DNA of 63,572 nt, the filler included. It is 5 parts of 5 records of this genome, joined end to end, with 100 filler letters (N's around TTAATTAATTAA, not from the genome) between each part and the next. Parts side by side here need not be neighbours in the genome. Positions count along the whole stretch, not along the records: positions 37,481 to 57,630 come from DRR723986_658; 4 more parts are not named here. One strand, given 5' to 3'. Below, piece after piece: positions 47,752-57,269 of the stretch. The position numbers and the translations under genes are program-made. The stretch's first letter is position 1; each line of letters starts with the position of its first letter. The notes below the pieces were generated by a model. That model did no database searches, was not told the origin of the DNA, and saw nothing but the letters and a program-made list of their open reading frames with translations.

Positions 47752-48921
47752 TTACTGTGCCGCCATCGCAGCACCGCCCATCAATCGACGCGCAGCCGCG
47801 CCATGGGCATAGGCCAGCCGCCCACCGGTGATCGTGGCCTCGATGGCGTGGGTTTCGGGATCGACGACGACGAGGTCGGCGCGCTGGCCCGGTTCCAGCC
47901 CTCCTCGGTCAGACAACCCCATCGCCCGGGCCGGGGCCCCCGACAGCAGGTCCCAGGCCTGCGCCAAGGGCAGCGTGCCCCGATCGGCCAATGCGAACGC
48001 CGCCTGCGGCAAGGCCGGGTAGTAGTAGTCCGACACAAGCGCCGTGCAGAGCCCGTCTGCGACCAGCCCCTCAGCCGCGATGTTGCCGGACTGGCTGCCG
48101 CCGCGCACCACGTTGGGTGCTCCCATCAGCACCGGCTCGCCCGCCGCGATGGCGTCGCGCACCGCCTCTGCGGTGGTCGGAAACTCGCAGATCGGGGCCC
48201 CGATGGACCGGAACCGCCCGCGCGTCTTGGCGTCGCCATCGTCATGCGACCCCATCGCGACACCCTGCGCGGCCAATGTCGTGGCCAGAGACGCCAGGGC
48301 CTGCGGCACCCGTTCATCCATTTGCCCGGCCTTCTCGATAATGGTCAGCAATTCCTGCGGGCTACGCCCCTGCTGTGCAGCCCATTGCGCGAATCGCTGC
48401 GGGTGGTCCTGCACCATCTTCTGCGCCTCGGGCAGGTGGTTGTTGAACACCACATAGTCGACCCCGTAGTGCGCAACCGCCTGCAACAGGCGCGCGTGCT
48501 CATCCGGCACATGGGTTTCCAGCCGGATCTGCACGCGGATATCTGGCAACAACCCGGGTCGTGCATGTTCCAGCGCTGCCAGCAATGCCTCGGTCGCATC
48601 GGCACTGCGAAATCCACCTTCCCAGCTCCAGCTTTGCGCCAGCCAGGCGGTGGTGACACCATTCGCCGCCAGTTCCGCCGCGACCGAGCGCAAGGCACGG
48701 GTCTTTTCAAAGGGCGCGGCGGGACGCGGGGAAAGATGTCGTTCAAACCCGTCCCCATGCAAATCGACGATGCCGGGCAAGACGAGGTATCCCGACAGGT
48801 CGAGTTCGCGCGCAGGACAATCGTTGATGATGCCATCGGCCAGCGTCAGAGCATCGTCGCAAAGACCACCATCGCGCAGAATGCGCGCACCTGTCAGGCG
48901 GAGAGGGGGAAGCAAGGGCAT
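47752..48921 (-). CDS. phnM: PhnM-like amidohydrolase (second paralogue)
   Basis: PGIVDLHGDGFERH..PRP, GSHDD, EFP, MGAPNVVRGGS.SGN, SDYY. Confidence 0.88.
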   Translation of the reverse strand: MPLLPPLRLTGARILRDGGLCDDALTLADGIINDCPARELDLSGYLVLPGIVDLHGDGFERHLSPRPAAPFEKTRALRSVAAELAANGVTTAWLAQSWSWEGGFRSADATEALLAALEHARPGLLPDIRVQIRLETHVPDEHARLLQAVAHYGVDYVVFNNHLPEAQKMVQDHPQRFAQWAAQQGRSPQELLTIIEKAGQMDERVPQALASLATTLAAQGVAMGSHDDGDAKTRGRFRSIGAPICEFPTTAEAVRDAIAAGEPVLMGAPNVVRGGSQSGNIAAEGLVADGLCTALVSDYYYPALPQAAFALADRGTLPLAQAWDLLSGAPARAMGLSDRGGLEPGQRADLVVVDPETHAIEATITGGRLAYAHGAAARRLMGGAAMAAQ

Positions 48922-48960
48922 GATGGGCTCCGAGAAACTGCCCCTCTATCCCGCGTTCGC

Positions 48961-48978
48961 ATGACAGTTTGGTGACGA
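48961..48978 (-). promoter_or_regulatory. Pho box upstream of the phnM-like gene
   Basis: Minus strand TCGTCAC-CAAA-CTGTCAT. Confidence 0.8.
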
Positions 48979-49692
48979 TCAGTCGGGTGTTACGGTCAAA
49001 GTGACTCTTTCCCCGGCAAAATGCCCCTCCGCGTACTCGACCGGAGTGCCTTCGGGAGTGGTGTTGAGTGCCTCGGCCCGCATAACCGGATCGCCCGGCC
49101 GCAGCGACAAATGCCCTGCCAGGATCGAATCCGCGGAGCGGGCGGACAGGCGCGTCCAGGCGCGCAAATAGTCGTCGATCCCGCAGGCCGCCAGGGCATC
49201 GGTGATCCCCAGACCCTTTGCCAGGGCGTCAGACATGCCCGGAAGGCGGTCGCCGGGAAAGGAGGACCGGAAATGCCCGATCGTCACGCCATCTGACAGG
49301 GTCAATCCTTCGACCCGCAACACGCGGGCCCCGACGCTGATTTGCAGCGCTTTTGCCTCGGTATCGCTGGCTGGTGCCGTCAGAGTGCCCAATATGCGTC
49401 GGCCGGGAACCCGTCCGGTTGCGGACACCGCCCGATGAAACCGCATCCTTCGGGACAGCGGATATTCGGTCGGACGCGCGGCAACGAAGGCGCCTGCACC
49501 TCGGCGGGTATGGATCATTCCCAACTCGGTCAAACTGGCCAAGGCGCGGCGGACCGTATGCCGGTTTACCCCGAAACGCGCTGCGAGCTCGGCTTCAGTC
49601 GGCAGCTTGTCGCCCGGACCAAGACGCTCTTCGATGTCCCGGGTGATCGTTTCGGCGATTTGACGCCAAAGGGCGTTTTCCGTGCGTGTCAT
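48979..49692 (-). CDS. phnF: Phosphonate metabolism regulator PhnF (GntR/HutC)
   Basis: LPTEAELAARFGVNRHTVRRA with UTRA domain; divergent from phnG. Confidence 0.93.
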   Translation of the reverse strand: MTRTENALWRQIAETITRDIEERLGPGDKLPTEAELAARFGVNRHTVRRALASLTELGMIHTRRGAGAFVAARPTEYPLSRRMRFHRAVSATGRVPGRRILGTLTAPASDTEAKALQISVGARVLRVEGLTLSDGVTIGHFRSSFPGDRLPGMSDALAKGLGITDALAACGIDDYLRAWTRLSARSADSILAGHLSLRPGDPVMRAEALNTTPEGTPVEYAEGHFAGERVTLTVTPD

Positions 49693-49740
49693 AGAAAATT
49701 CACGTGAAGGGTTGGATGTGGCCTGCTAGGATATGTTGAG

Positions 49741-49760
49741 TTGTATAGTTATGTAGACAA
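49741..49760. promoter_or_regulatory. Putative PhnF operator
   Basis: TTGTATA-GTTATG-TAGACAA imperfect inverted repeat of HutC-type GT.TA/TA.AC character. Confidence 0.55.
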
Positions 49761-49769
49761 ATAAGCAAG

Positions 49770-50210
49770 ATGTCCAATCCACAGACCTTCGACCGAGCGC
49801 AGTCCATGGGGTTGCTCGCCCGGGCCCCGGCCGACCGGCTTGCGGCGCTGTACCCCGATATCGCCGAACATGCCGTGCTGCGCGGCCCCGAAACCGGTGC
49901 GGTCATGGTGCGCGGGCGGCAAGGCGGCACCGGCGCACCGTTCAATCTCGGAGAAATGACCGTGACGCGGTGCTCGGTGCGCCTTCCCTGCGGGAAGGAC
50001 GGGCATGCCTATATTCAGGGGCGCAGCAAGGATCATGCGCGCCGGGCGGCGGTGCTGGATGCCCTGCTGCAGACCGATGCGATCGACCAGGTGAATGCCC
50101 AGGTGCTGGCCCCACTGGCCGAGGCCGAAAGCGAGAAACGCACAGCGCGTGCGTCGAGGGCGGCAGCCACCAAGGTCGAGTTCTTCACAATGGTTCGCGG
50201 AGAGGATTGA
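49770..50210 (+). CDS. phnG: C-P lyase system protein PhnG
   Basis: PETG.VMVRGR.GGTG.PFNLGEMTVTR, AATKVEFFTMVRGED. Confidence 0.96.
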   Translation: MSNPQTFDRAQSMGLLARAPADRLAALYPDIAEHAVLRGPETGAVMVRGRQGGTGAPFNLGEMTVTRCSVRLPCGKDGHAYIQGRSKDHARRAAVLDALLQTDAIDQVNAQVLAPLAEAESEKRTARASRAAATKVEFFTMVRGED

Positions 50211-50779
50211 TGACGCCTGACGCCATGACCGGCGGTTTCGCCGACTACCCGCTGCAATCCGCAAGCGGGTTCCGGGCCATCCTTCACGCGCTGTCGCAGC
50301 CCGGCGAGATCGTTGCGGTCTCAGGCGTGCAACCACCCGCGCCCCTGTCCATAGCCTCTGGTATTGCGGCGCTGGTGCTGCTGGACGACACCACACCCGT
50401 TCATCTGGCGGGATCCCATGATTGTCAGTCGGTGCGCGACTGGATCACCTTCCACACCGGCGCCCCGCTTGTTGAGGCAGAGCGTGCGATGTTCGCCTTT
50501 GGGTCCTGGGATGCGTTGATGCCGGTGACGCGCTTCGCCATCGGCACCCCGGAATATCCCGACCGCGCCGCAACCTTGATCGTCGAGATGGACCGTCTGG
50601 ACAGCAACGGACCGGTCCTGCGCGGTCCCGGGATCGAAACAACCGCTCGGATGTCCCTGCCCGAGGTTCAGGCTTTCGAGGCCAATCGCGGGCTGTTTCC
50701 CCTTGGGTTCGATACGCTGCTGGCCTGCGATGACCGGCTGGCGGGCCTGCCGCGCAGCACAATAGTGGAGGCTGTGTAA
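50210..50779 (+). CDS. phnH: C-P lyase system protein PhnH
   Basis: FR.IL.ALSQPG, FHTGAP, GTPEYPDRAATLI, GPGI, FPLG.D, GLPRST; ATG at 50210. Confidence 0.95.
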   Translation: MTPDAMTGGFADYPLQSASGFRAILHALSQPGEIVAVSGVQPPAPLSIASGIAALVLLDDTTPVHLAGSHDCQSVRDWITFHTGAPLVEAERAMFAFGSWDALMPVTRFAIGTPEYPDRAATLIVEMDRLDSNGPVLRGPGIETTARMSLPEVQAFEANRGLFPLGFDTLLACDDRLAGLPRSTIVEAV

Positions 50780-51849
50780 TGTATGTCGCTGTCAAGGGTG
50801 GCGAACGGGCCATCGACAACGCTCACGCCTTTCTGGCCGAGGAACGAAGGGGCGATCCGGCGGTCCCGGAGCTGTCCGTTGCACAGATCCGAGAACAAAT
50901 GGCGCTCGCAGTGAACCGGGTGATGACCGAGGGGTCGCTCTATGATCCCGATCTGGCGGCGCTGGCGATCAAGCAGGCGCGGGGCGACCTGATCGAGGCG
51001 ATCTTTCTGGTCCGCGCCTATCGCACCACCTTGCCACGTCTGGGGTATTCGAACCCCGTCGACACCGGCAAGATGGCCGCGATGCGGCGGATTTCGGCGA
51101 CCTACAAGGATTTGCCGGGCGGGCAAGTCCTGGGGCCGACCTTTGACTATACACACCGTCTGATCGACTTTGCGCTGGCCGCCGAAACGGACGCACCGCT
51201 CGCGCCGCAAGCCGCCCCTCTGGGGGATGTGCCGCGCGTCACCGGATTTCTGGACCGCGAAGGCCTGATCGAGGAGGAACCGACCTCGGAAGCCACGCCG
51301 CGTGACCTGACGCGCGAACCGATGGAACTGCCAGCCGACCGGGCCTTGCGCCTTCAGGCCCTGACACGGGGGGACGAGGGCTTCATCCTATCGCTGGCCT
51401 ATTCCAGCCAGCGTGGCTATGGGCGCACCCATCCGTTCGTCGGAGAATTGCGCATTGGCGAGGTCGCGGTCGAGATGGATATTCCCGAATTGGGCTTCGC
51501 CATCGAGATCGGCGAAGTCACAGTTACCGAATGCGAGACCGTGAACCAGTTCACCGGCTCGAAAACACAGCCTGCGCAATTCACCCGCGGCTATGGTCTG
51601 GTGTTCGGGCAAACCGAACGCAAGGCGATTTCGATGTCGCTGGTGGATCGGGCGCTGCGCTGGAAGGAACTGGGTGAAGATGACACCGGCGCGCCGGTGC
51701 AGGATCAAGAGTTCGTCCTGATGCACGCGGACAATATCCAGGCGACCGGGTTCCTCGAGCATATCAAGCTGCCCCACTACGTCGACTTCCAGTCCGAGTT
51801 GGAACTGGTGCGGCGTTTGCGGGCGGGCGTGAAGGAGGCGGCGGAATGA
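50779..51849 (+). CDS. phnI: C-P lyase complex subunit PhnI
   Basis: MYVAVKGGE.AI, RRISATYKD.PGGQ.LGPT.DY, HIKLPHYVDFQSEL. Confidence 0.97.
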   Translation: MYVAVKGGERAIDNAHAFLAEERRGDPAVPELSVAQIREQMALAVNRVMTEGSLYDPDLAALAIKQARGDLIEAIFLVRAYRTTLPRLGYSNPVDTGKMAAMRRISATYKDLPGGQVLGPTFDYTHRLIDFALAAETDAPLAPQAAPLGDVPRVTGFLDREGLIEEEPTSEATPRDLTREPMELPADRALRLQALTRGDEGFILSLAYSSQRGYGRTHPFVGELRIGEVAVEMDIPELGFAIEIGEVTVTECETVNQFTGSKTQPAQFTRGYGLVFGQTERKAISMSLVDRALRWKELGEDDTGAPVQDQEFVLMHADNIQATGFLEHIKLPHYVDFQSELELVRRLRAGVKEAAE

Positions 51850-51932
51850 ACGGAACTTTCTTCACGCCCTTGCGGTCTGTCATCGCGAAGAGGCCTGCAA
51901 GGGCCGATCAGCAAACCGGAGATGCGGCATGA
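51846..51932 (+). CDS. 28-aa mini-ORF bridging phnI and phnJ
   Basis: MNGTFFTPLRSVIAKRPARADQQTGDAA*; ATGA overlap with the phnI stop and with the phnJ start. Confidence 0.45.
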   Translation: MNGTFFTPLRSVIAKRPARADQQTGDAA

Positions 51933-52795
51933 GCGACTACAATTTCGCCTATCTCGACGAGCAGACCAAGCGGATGATCCGCCGCGCGATCCTCAAGGGG
52001 GTCGCGGTGCCCGGCTACCAGGTGCCCTTTGCCAGTCGCGAAATGCCGATGCCCTACGGTTGGGGAACGGGTGGCGTGCAGGTCACGGCTGCCTGTCTTA
52101 CGCCCAAGGACACGCTCAAGGTCATCGACCAGGGGGCTGATGACACCACCAACGCCGTCAGCATCCGCAAGTTCTTCCAACGCACAGCCGATGTTGAAGT
52201 TACCGAGCACACGGATACCGCAACAGTGATCCAGACCCGCCACCGGATCCCCGAACGTCCGCTGACCGCGGGCCAGATCCTGGTCTATCAGGTTCCAATT
52301 CCCGAACCTCTGCGCTTTCTGGAGCCGCGCGAGACAGAAACCCGGCGGATGCATGCGCTTGAGGACTATGGGCTGATGCATGTCAAACTCTACGAAGACA
52401 TCGCCCGCAACGGTGCTATCGCCACCAGCTACGCCTATCCGGTCAAGGTCGAGGGGCGCTATGTCATGGATCCCTCGCCGATCCCGAAATTCGACAATCC
52501 GAAATTGTCCGGTACGCCGGCGCTCCAGCTTTTCGGGGCCGGACGCGAACAACGGATCTATGCGATCCCGCCCTTCACAAAGGTCGTCAGCCTCGATTTC
52601 GAGGATTACCCGTTCGAAGCGTCGAAGGCCCCGCATCCATGCGATCTGTGTGGAGATGAGGGCAGCTATCTAGACGAGGTGATCACCGACGATCGGGGCG
52701 GGCGCATGTTCGTCTGTTCGGACACCGACCATTGCGCCAGCCGCCAGGCCGAGGGCCATAGCGGACGGTTGTCGACACAAGGGGACGCGGCATGA
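51929..52795 (+). CDS. phnJ: Alpha-D-ribose 1-methylphosphonate 5-phosphate C-P lyase
   Basis: YNFAYLDEQTKRMIRRA, GWGTGG, CX2C...CX5C cluster motif (CDLC...CSDTDHC). Confidence 0.98.
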   Translation: MSDYNFAYLDEQTKRMIRRAILKGVAVPGYQVPFASREMPMPYGWGTGGVQVTAACLTPKDTLKVIDQGADDTTNAVSIRKFFQRTADVEVTEHTDTATVIQTRHRIPERPLTAGQILVYQVPIPEPLRFLEPRETETRRMHALEDYGLMHVKLYEDIARNGAIATSYAYPVKVEGRYVMDPSPIPKFDNPKLSGTPALQLFGAGREQRIYAIPPFTKVVSLDFEDYPFEASKAPHPCDLCGDEGSYLDEVITDDRGGRMFVCSDTDHCASRQAEGHSGRLSTQGDAA

Positions 52796-53568
52796 CCGAA
52801 CATCCGCTTTTGCAGGTTTCTGACATCACCAAGACCTATGGCGGGCGGATCGGATGTGCCGATGTGTCCTTCGACCTGTGGCCCGGAGAGGTGATGGGCA
52901 TCGTCGGGGAATCCGGCTCGGGCAAGTCGACGCTTCTGAGCTGCATGGCAGGGCATCTGGCCCCGGACACCGGCCGCGTCGTCTTCGACACCCGCGCTGA
53001 AGGCCCGCGCGATGTGTTGGCGATGAACGAGCCCGAGCGCCGCATGCTGGCGCGCACGGACTGGGCCTTTGTGCACCAGAACCCGCGTGATGGATTGCGG
53101 ATGGGCGTCAGTGCCGGTGGCAACGTCGGTGAGCGGCTGATGGCGGTTGGCGCGCGGCACTATGGGACTATCCGCGAACAGGCGATCGACTGGCTGGGCA
53201 GGGTCGAGATCTCGTCCGACCGGATCGACGACCGGCCGCGTCAGTTTTCCGGGGGCATGCAGCAACGCCTTCAGATCGCCCGCAACCTCGTGACCGGCCC
53301 GCGCCTGGTGTTCATGGATGAACCGACAGGGGGCCTTGATGTCAGCGTGCAGGCACGGCTGCTTGACCTGTTGCGCGGACTGGTGCGGCAGATGGGGTTG
53401 AGCGCGGTGATCGTCACTCATGATCTGGCGGTTGTGCGGCTGCTGGCTGACCGGCTGATGGTGATGAAGGACGGGCGCGTGGTGGAACAGGGACTGACCG
53501 ATCAGGTGCTGGACGACCCGCAACATGCCTATACCCAGTTGCTGGTCAGTTCGGTTCTACAGGTTTGA
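52792..53568 (+). CDS. phnK: C-P lyase system ABC-type protein PhnK
   Basis: GESGSGKST, FSGGMQQRLQIARNL, DQVLDDPQH.YTQLLVSS. Confidence 0.97.
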   Translation: MTEHPLLQVSDITKTYGGRIGCADVSFDLWPGEVMGIVGESGSGKSTLLSCMAGHLAPDTGRVVFDTRAEGPRDVLAMNEPERRMLARTDWAFVHQNPRDGLRMGVSAGGNVGERLMAVGARHYGTIREQAIDWLGRVEISSDRIDDRPRQFSGGMQQRLQIARNLVTGPRLVFMDEPTGGLDVSVQARLLDLLRGLVRQMGLSAVIVTHDLAVVRLLADRLMVMKDGRVVEQGLTDQVLDDPQHAYTQLLVSSVLQV

Positions 53569-53625
53569 CATTGATGCCGATGGTCGGCGGGGCATGAGTT
53601 TTGAGAGCAGGATGAAGGGTCTAGG

Positions 53626-54303
53626 ATGATTGCGGTCGCGAATGTGTCAAAGAGCTTTACGCTGCACAATCAGGGCAGCGCCGTGTTGCCGGTGATGGCA
53701 GGCGCGGGATTGCGCGTCACTGCGGGCGAATGCGTGGGGCTGATCGGAGCTTCGGGCTCGGGCAAGTCGACGCTCATGCGGATGATCTGGGGCAATTACC
53801 GCACCGATGGCGGTTCGATCAGGGTCGGCGAAACCGAAGTCGCAGGGGCGGAACCGCGCGAGATCATCGCGCTCAGGCGCGGGACCCTGGGCTATGTCAG
53901 CCAGTTCCTGCGCGTGGTGCCGCGGGTTCCTACCATCGAGGTCGTTGCCGAACCGCTCATGCTGCTTGGGGTGCCTGCGGATGAAGCGTGCAAGCGGGCC
54001 GAGGCGGTTCTGACCCGTCTCAACATCCCCGAACGGCTGTGGAGCCTGTCGCCTACGACTTTTTCGGGGGGCGAGCAGCAGCGGGTTAACATCGCGCGCG
54101 GGTTCATACACGACTGGCCGGCGATGCTGCTTGATGAGCCGACCGCCAGCCTCGACGCCGGAAACCGGGCCGTCGTGTTGGACCTGATCCGCGAGGCCAA
54201 GTCCCGGGGGGCGGCGATTCTGGGGATTTTCCACGACGAGGACGCGCGCAACCAGGTTTGCGACCGGCTCGTTGATGTCACTGGCTTTTCGGAGGGCCAA
54301 TGA
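53626..54303 (+). CDS. phnL: C-P lyase system protein PhnL
   Basis: [41 protein letters not shown]. Confidence 0.97.
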   Translation: MIAVANVSKSFTLHNQGSAVLPVMAGAGLRVTAGECVGLIGASGSGKSTLMRMIWGNYRTDGGSIRVGETEVAGAEPREIIALRRGTLGYVSQFLRVVPRVPTIEVVAEPLMLLGVPADEACKRAEAVLTRLNIPERLWSLSPTTFSGGEQQRVNIARGFIHDWPAMLLDEPTASLDAGNRAVVLDLIREAKSRGAAILGIFHDEDARNQVCDRLVDVTGFSEGQ

Positions 54304-54848
54304 CCGGCCGTTTGTTCGCCGTGGTCGGTCCGTCGGGAGCAGGCAAGGACACGCTTCTGGCCGGGGTTTGCGACGCGGGAGGGCCCTATTGGGTGCGGCG
54401 CGCGATCACCCGCCCCGAAAGCGCGGGGGGCGAGCCCTTCGAGGGCATCACTGATGCGGAATTCGCACGGCGAGAGGCACGGGGCGACTTTGCCCTGACG
54501 TGGCGTGCCCACGGACTGACCTATGGCATCCCGAGCCGTGAACTGGCGCCTCTGGATGCGAGGCGGGATGTTCTGTTCAATGGGTCTCGTGCCGCGCTTT
54601 CCCAGGCGGCCAGGGTGTTTCCGGATCTCGCGGTGATACATATTTCGGCCCCCGCGCAGATTCTGGCAGAGCGGCTGAAAGGGCGTGGCCGCGAAACCCT
54701 CGAGCAGATCGAAGCGCGGTTGGCGCGGGACGTCGGGGTCATCCCGGCAGGGTTGCCGGTGATCGAGATCGTCAACGACACGACTGTCGAGGACGGGGTC
54801 GCCCGGTTGCGCGCGTCGCTTCAGCCCAGTCTGGCGTGGAACAGCTGA
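54300..54848 (+). CDS. phnN: Ribose 1,5-bisphosphokinase PhnN
   Basis: [35 protein letters not shown]. Confidence 0.95.
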   Translation: MTGRLFAVVGPSGAGKDTLLAGVCDAGGPYWVRRAITRPESAGGEPFEGITDAEFARREARGDFALTWRAHGLTYGIPSRELAPLDARRDVLFNGSRAALSQAARVFPDLAVIHISAPAQILAERLKGRGRETLEQIEARLARDVGVIPAGLPVIEIVNDTTVEDGVARLRASLQPSLAWNS

Positions 54849-55483
54849 TGAAACACGCCGTCCTCGAATTCCCCGAATACCGCAATCTGGTCGAACCGGA
54901 AGGGACGCGGCATGACCGGATCGAAGATGGCTTCGGCCAGCGGGCACAGCACGGCGTTTTGCTCGGAGGACAGCCGGTCGCTCAGGGTCATATGAAACAG
55001 GAATTCATCGAAGACGAAGGGATAGCCGTAGGCGTCGAGCAGCTCGCGTTGACGAGCTGTCAATCGGTCAGGGTTGCGCCGCGCCCGCTCCGCGTCGGTC
55101 ATCGGCGCACGGAAACGCTCGAAGCGGGTCACCACCATGGCCGCAAAGGCGTTCAAGGCCGCAGAGTCCCCGTCGGCGACAAGGGCCAGGAACCCGTCGA
55201 TCGACGCTACCCTAAGCCCGTCGATGCCGAACGGACGAACCTCGGAGGCAAAGACGTCTACTGCGGCAAACAGGTCCTCTTCGGTCCGCCCTTCGGCCAG
55301 CCTGAAAGGGGCCTTGAGTGTGGCGTGAAATCCATACCGGCGGGCGCTGACGGTGAGCTCGGCGAGCATTGGATGCGGCTGGGCAAGGTGCGTGCCCGAA
55401 ACGGCATCGCGGCCCAGCCAGCGAGCAGCGGTTTCGGCCAATGGACCTGTGGGCGGGGCAAAATAGACTGCGTAGCGTTTCAT
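54821..55483 (-). CDS. DUF1045 phosphonate-cluster protein (2H phosphoesterase-like)
   Basis: RYAVYFAP, YGFHATLKAPF, YGYPFV, FHMTLS (two HxT motifs); ATG at 55483. Confidence 0.9.
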   Translation of the reverse strand: MKRYAVYFAPPTGPLAETAARWLGRDAVSGTHLAQPHPMLAELTVSARRYGFHATLKAPFRLAEGRTEEDLFAAVDVFASEVRPFGIDGLRVASIDGFLALVADGDSAALNAFAAMVVTRFERFRAPMTDAERARRNPDRLTARQRELLDAYGYPFVFDEFLFHMTLSDRLSSEQNAVLCPLAEAIFDPVMPRPFRFDQIAVFGEFEDGVFHQLFHARLG

Positions 55484-55503
55484 GGCGTGACAATGCACAG
55501 ATT

Positions 55504-55523
55504 GCGTCACGGTTCCGTGACAT
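55504..55523. promoter_or_regulatory. Palindromic Pho-box-like site between DUF1045 gene and phnM
   Basis: Plus strand GCGTCAC-GGTT-CCGTGAC; minus strand ATGTCAC-GGAA-CCGTGAC. Confidence 0.5.
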
Positions 55524-55575
55524 CCCCATCGTATTTACAGGCCGACAGGCCTTCAGGCATCCGACAGGACTTACC

Positions 55576-56718
55576 ATGACCGATCCCACGATCCTTGCCA
55601 ACGCAACGCTTGTATTGCCCGAGCGCACCCTGCACGGCGCGATTTTTCTCGATGGCGGCGTTATCAGCCGGATCGAAGAGGGCGGCACGATCCCGACCGG
55701 TGCCGTCGATTGTGCGGGCGACTTGGTCATGCCCGGCCTGATCGAACTGCACACCGATAATCTGGAACGGCATATCCAGCCGCGTCCCGGAGTCGACTGG
55801 CCACACGCACCCGCCATTGTTGCCCATGATGCCGAGCTTGCAAGCGTCGGTGTCACCACGGTCTTCGACGCATTGCGCGTCGGGTCTCTGGTATCGCGCG
55901 AGCGTGGCGCGCGGGAATATGCGCGCGACATGGCCGACGAAATCCTTGCGGCGCGCAAGGCTGGCATTCTGCGCGTAAACCATCTGATCCACTTGCGAGC
56001 CGAGGTCTGCTCGGAAACCCTGACGGCCGAGCTCGAGAAATTCGGGCCGGAAGATAGCGTCGGCATCGTGAGCCTCATGGACCACACACCGGGACAGCGC
56101 CAGTTTGCTGATCTTGCGCAGCTGCGGCGTTACATGCGCGGCAAATACGGGTTGACCGAGGAAGAATTCCTGGCCCATGTCGACATCCAGACAGCTTTGG
56201 GCAACCGGGTGCGCGGCGCTCATGAACAGGCTGCCGTCGCCGCCGCACAGCATCTGGGTGCCGCATTGGCCAGCCATGACGACACAACGGCGGATCACGT
56301 TGAATCGTCTGCCGCCCATGGTGCCACGATTGCCGAATTCCCGACCACGACCGTGGCCGCGCGCACCTGCGCCGAGCACGGGATCGCCGTCATGATGGGG
56401 GCACCGAACCTGGTCCGCGGCGGGTCTCATTCCGGCAACGTGGCCACACGTGACCTTGCCAATGACGATCTGCTGACAATCCTGTCGTCGGACTACGTTC
56501 CGTCGTCGCTGCTGACCGGAGCCCTGATCCTTGGCGATATGTGGGGTGACCTTGCGCGGGGGATCTCGACGGTTACCCGGACGCCCGCAGAAGCCACGGG
56601 ACTGGCCGACCGGGGACGATTGGAGGTCGGCGCACGTGCCGACGTGGTTCGGGTCCACCGCTTCGGCAATAGCGGAGCCGTTCGCGGAACCTGGGTCGGT
56701 GGCCAGCGGATTGCATGA
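55576..56718 (+). CDS. phnM: Alpha-D-ribose 1-methylphosphonate 5-triphosphate diphosphatase
   Basis: PGLIELHTDNLERH..PRP, SLMDHTPGQRQF, ASHDD, MGAPNLVRGGSHSGN, SSDYVP; ATG at 55576. Confidence 0.96.
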   Translation: MTDPTILANATLVLPERTLHGAIFLDGGVISRIEEGGTIPTGAVDCAGDLVMPGLIELHTDNLERHIQPRPGVDWPHAPAIVAHDAELASVGVTTVFDALRVGSLVSRERGAREYARDMADEILAARKAGILRVNHLIHLRAEVCSETLTAELEKFGPEDSVGIVSLMDHTPGQRQFADLAQLRRYMRGKYGLTEEEFLAHVDIQTALGNRVRGAHEQAAVAAAQHLGAALASHDDTTADHVESSAAHGATIAEFPTTTVAARTCAEHGIAVMMGAPNLVRGGSHSGNVATRDLANDDLLTILSSDYVPSSLLTGALILGDMWGDLARGISTVTRTPAEATGLADRGRLEVGARADVVRVHRFGNSGAVRGTWVGGQRIA

Positions 56719-56859
56719 AGCCGGATCCGGTTTCCTCTGCCGTGACTGTTGAACGGATTGAGGCGCTCAGGGAGCGGCAACCTGTGTTCGGCAAGAGAAA
56801 CCACGAGATCACAAAATGGGCTGGCGCTTGATTCAGCGCATCGGGGAAACCGCGAAAAA

Positions 56860-57044
56860 TGAGCTACTCCCCGAATTTCGGACTCCGACAGAAGCAACGC
56901 GTTGCAGTCCGCTGATCTGCGAAGAGAAGGGGATCAAAGCTTTCGAAACGCAAGCAGTACGCGCCTGAATTCTGCGCAAATGTGGTCCTGGAGCCCCTGA
57001 AGGACGAGAAGACATCGGCTGATGCGCCGTATGATGCATACCCG
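56860..57044 (+). mobile_element. Degenerate IS3-family element remnant (left end plus OrfA fragment)
   Basis: TG-initiated IR-like TGAGCTACTCCCCGAATTTCGGAC, then from 56943 SKRKQYAPEFCANVVLEPLKDEKTSA, resembling IS3 OrfA N-termini; start codon lost. Confidence 0.65.
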
Positions 57045-57269
57045 ATTTGCCCGACGTTCAACACCGGCAGGCGGACGAAGAGGCAAATGATCAATCCTTA
57101 CCTGCTGAAGGAGTCAAGGGGTGGCATCCCGGGCACAGAAACCCTTGGATGAATCCGTCTGGGGAAAGGGGAACCTCGGCCATCAGAGGCGTTGTGCAAC
57201 AGAGCCGGGGCGCTGGCGTATTTCCTGATGACGTTCAGGGATCATCGGGTTAATCTACCATGGATTTCA

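Noticed and set aside
38241-56658. Many long antisense ORFs (e.g. 38241-39326, 47803-48975, 55507-56658)
   Set aside because: GC-rich shadows of well-supported genes on the opposite strand
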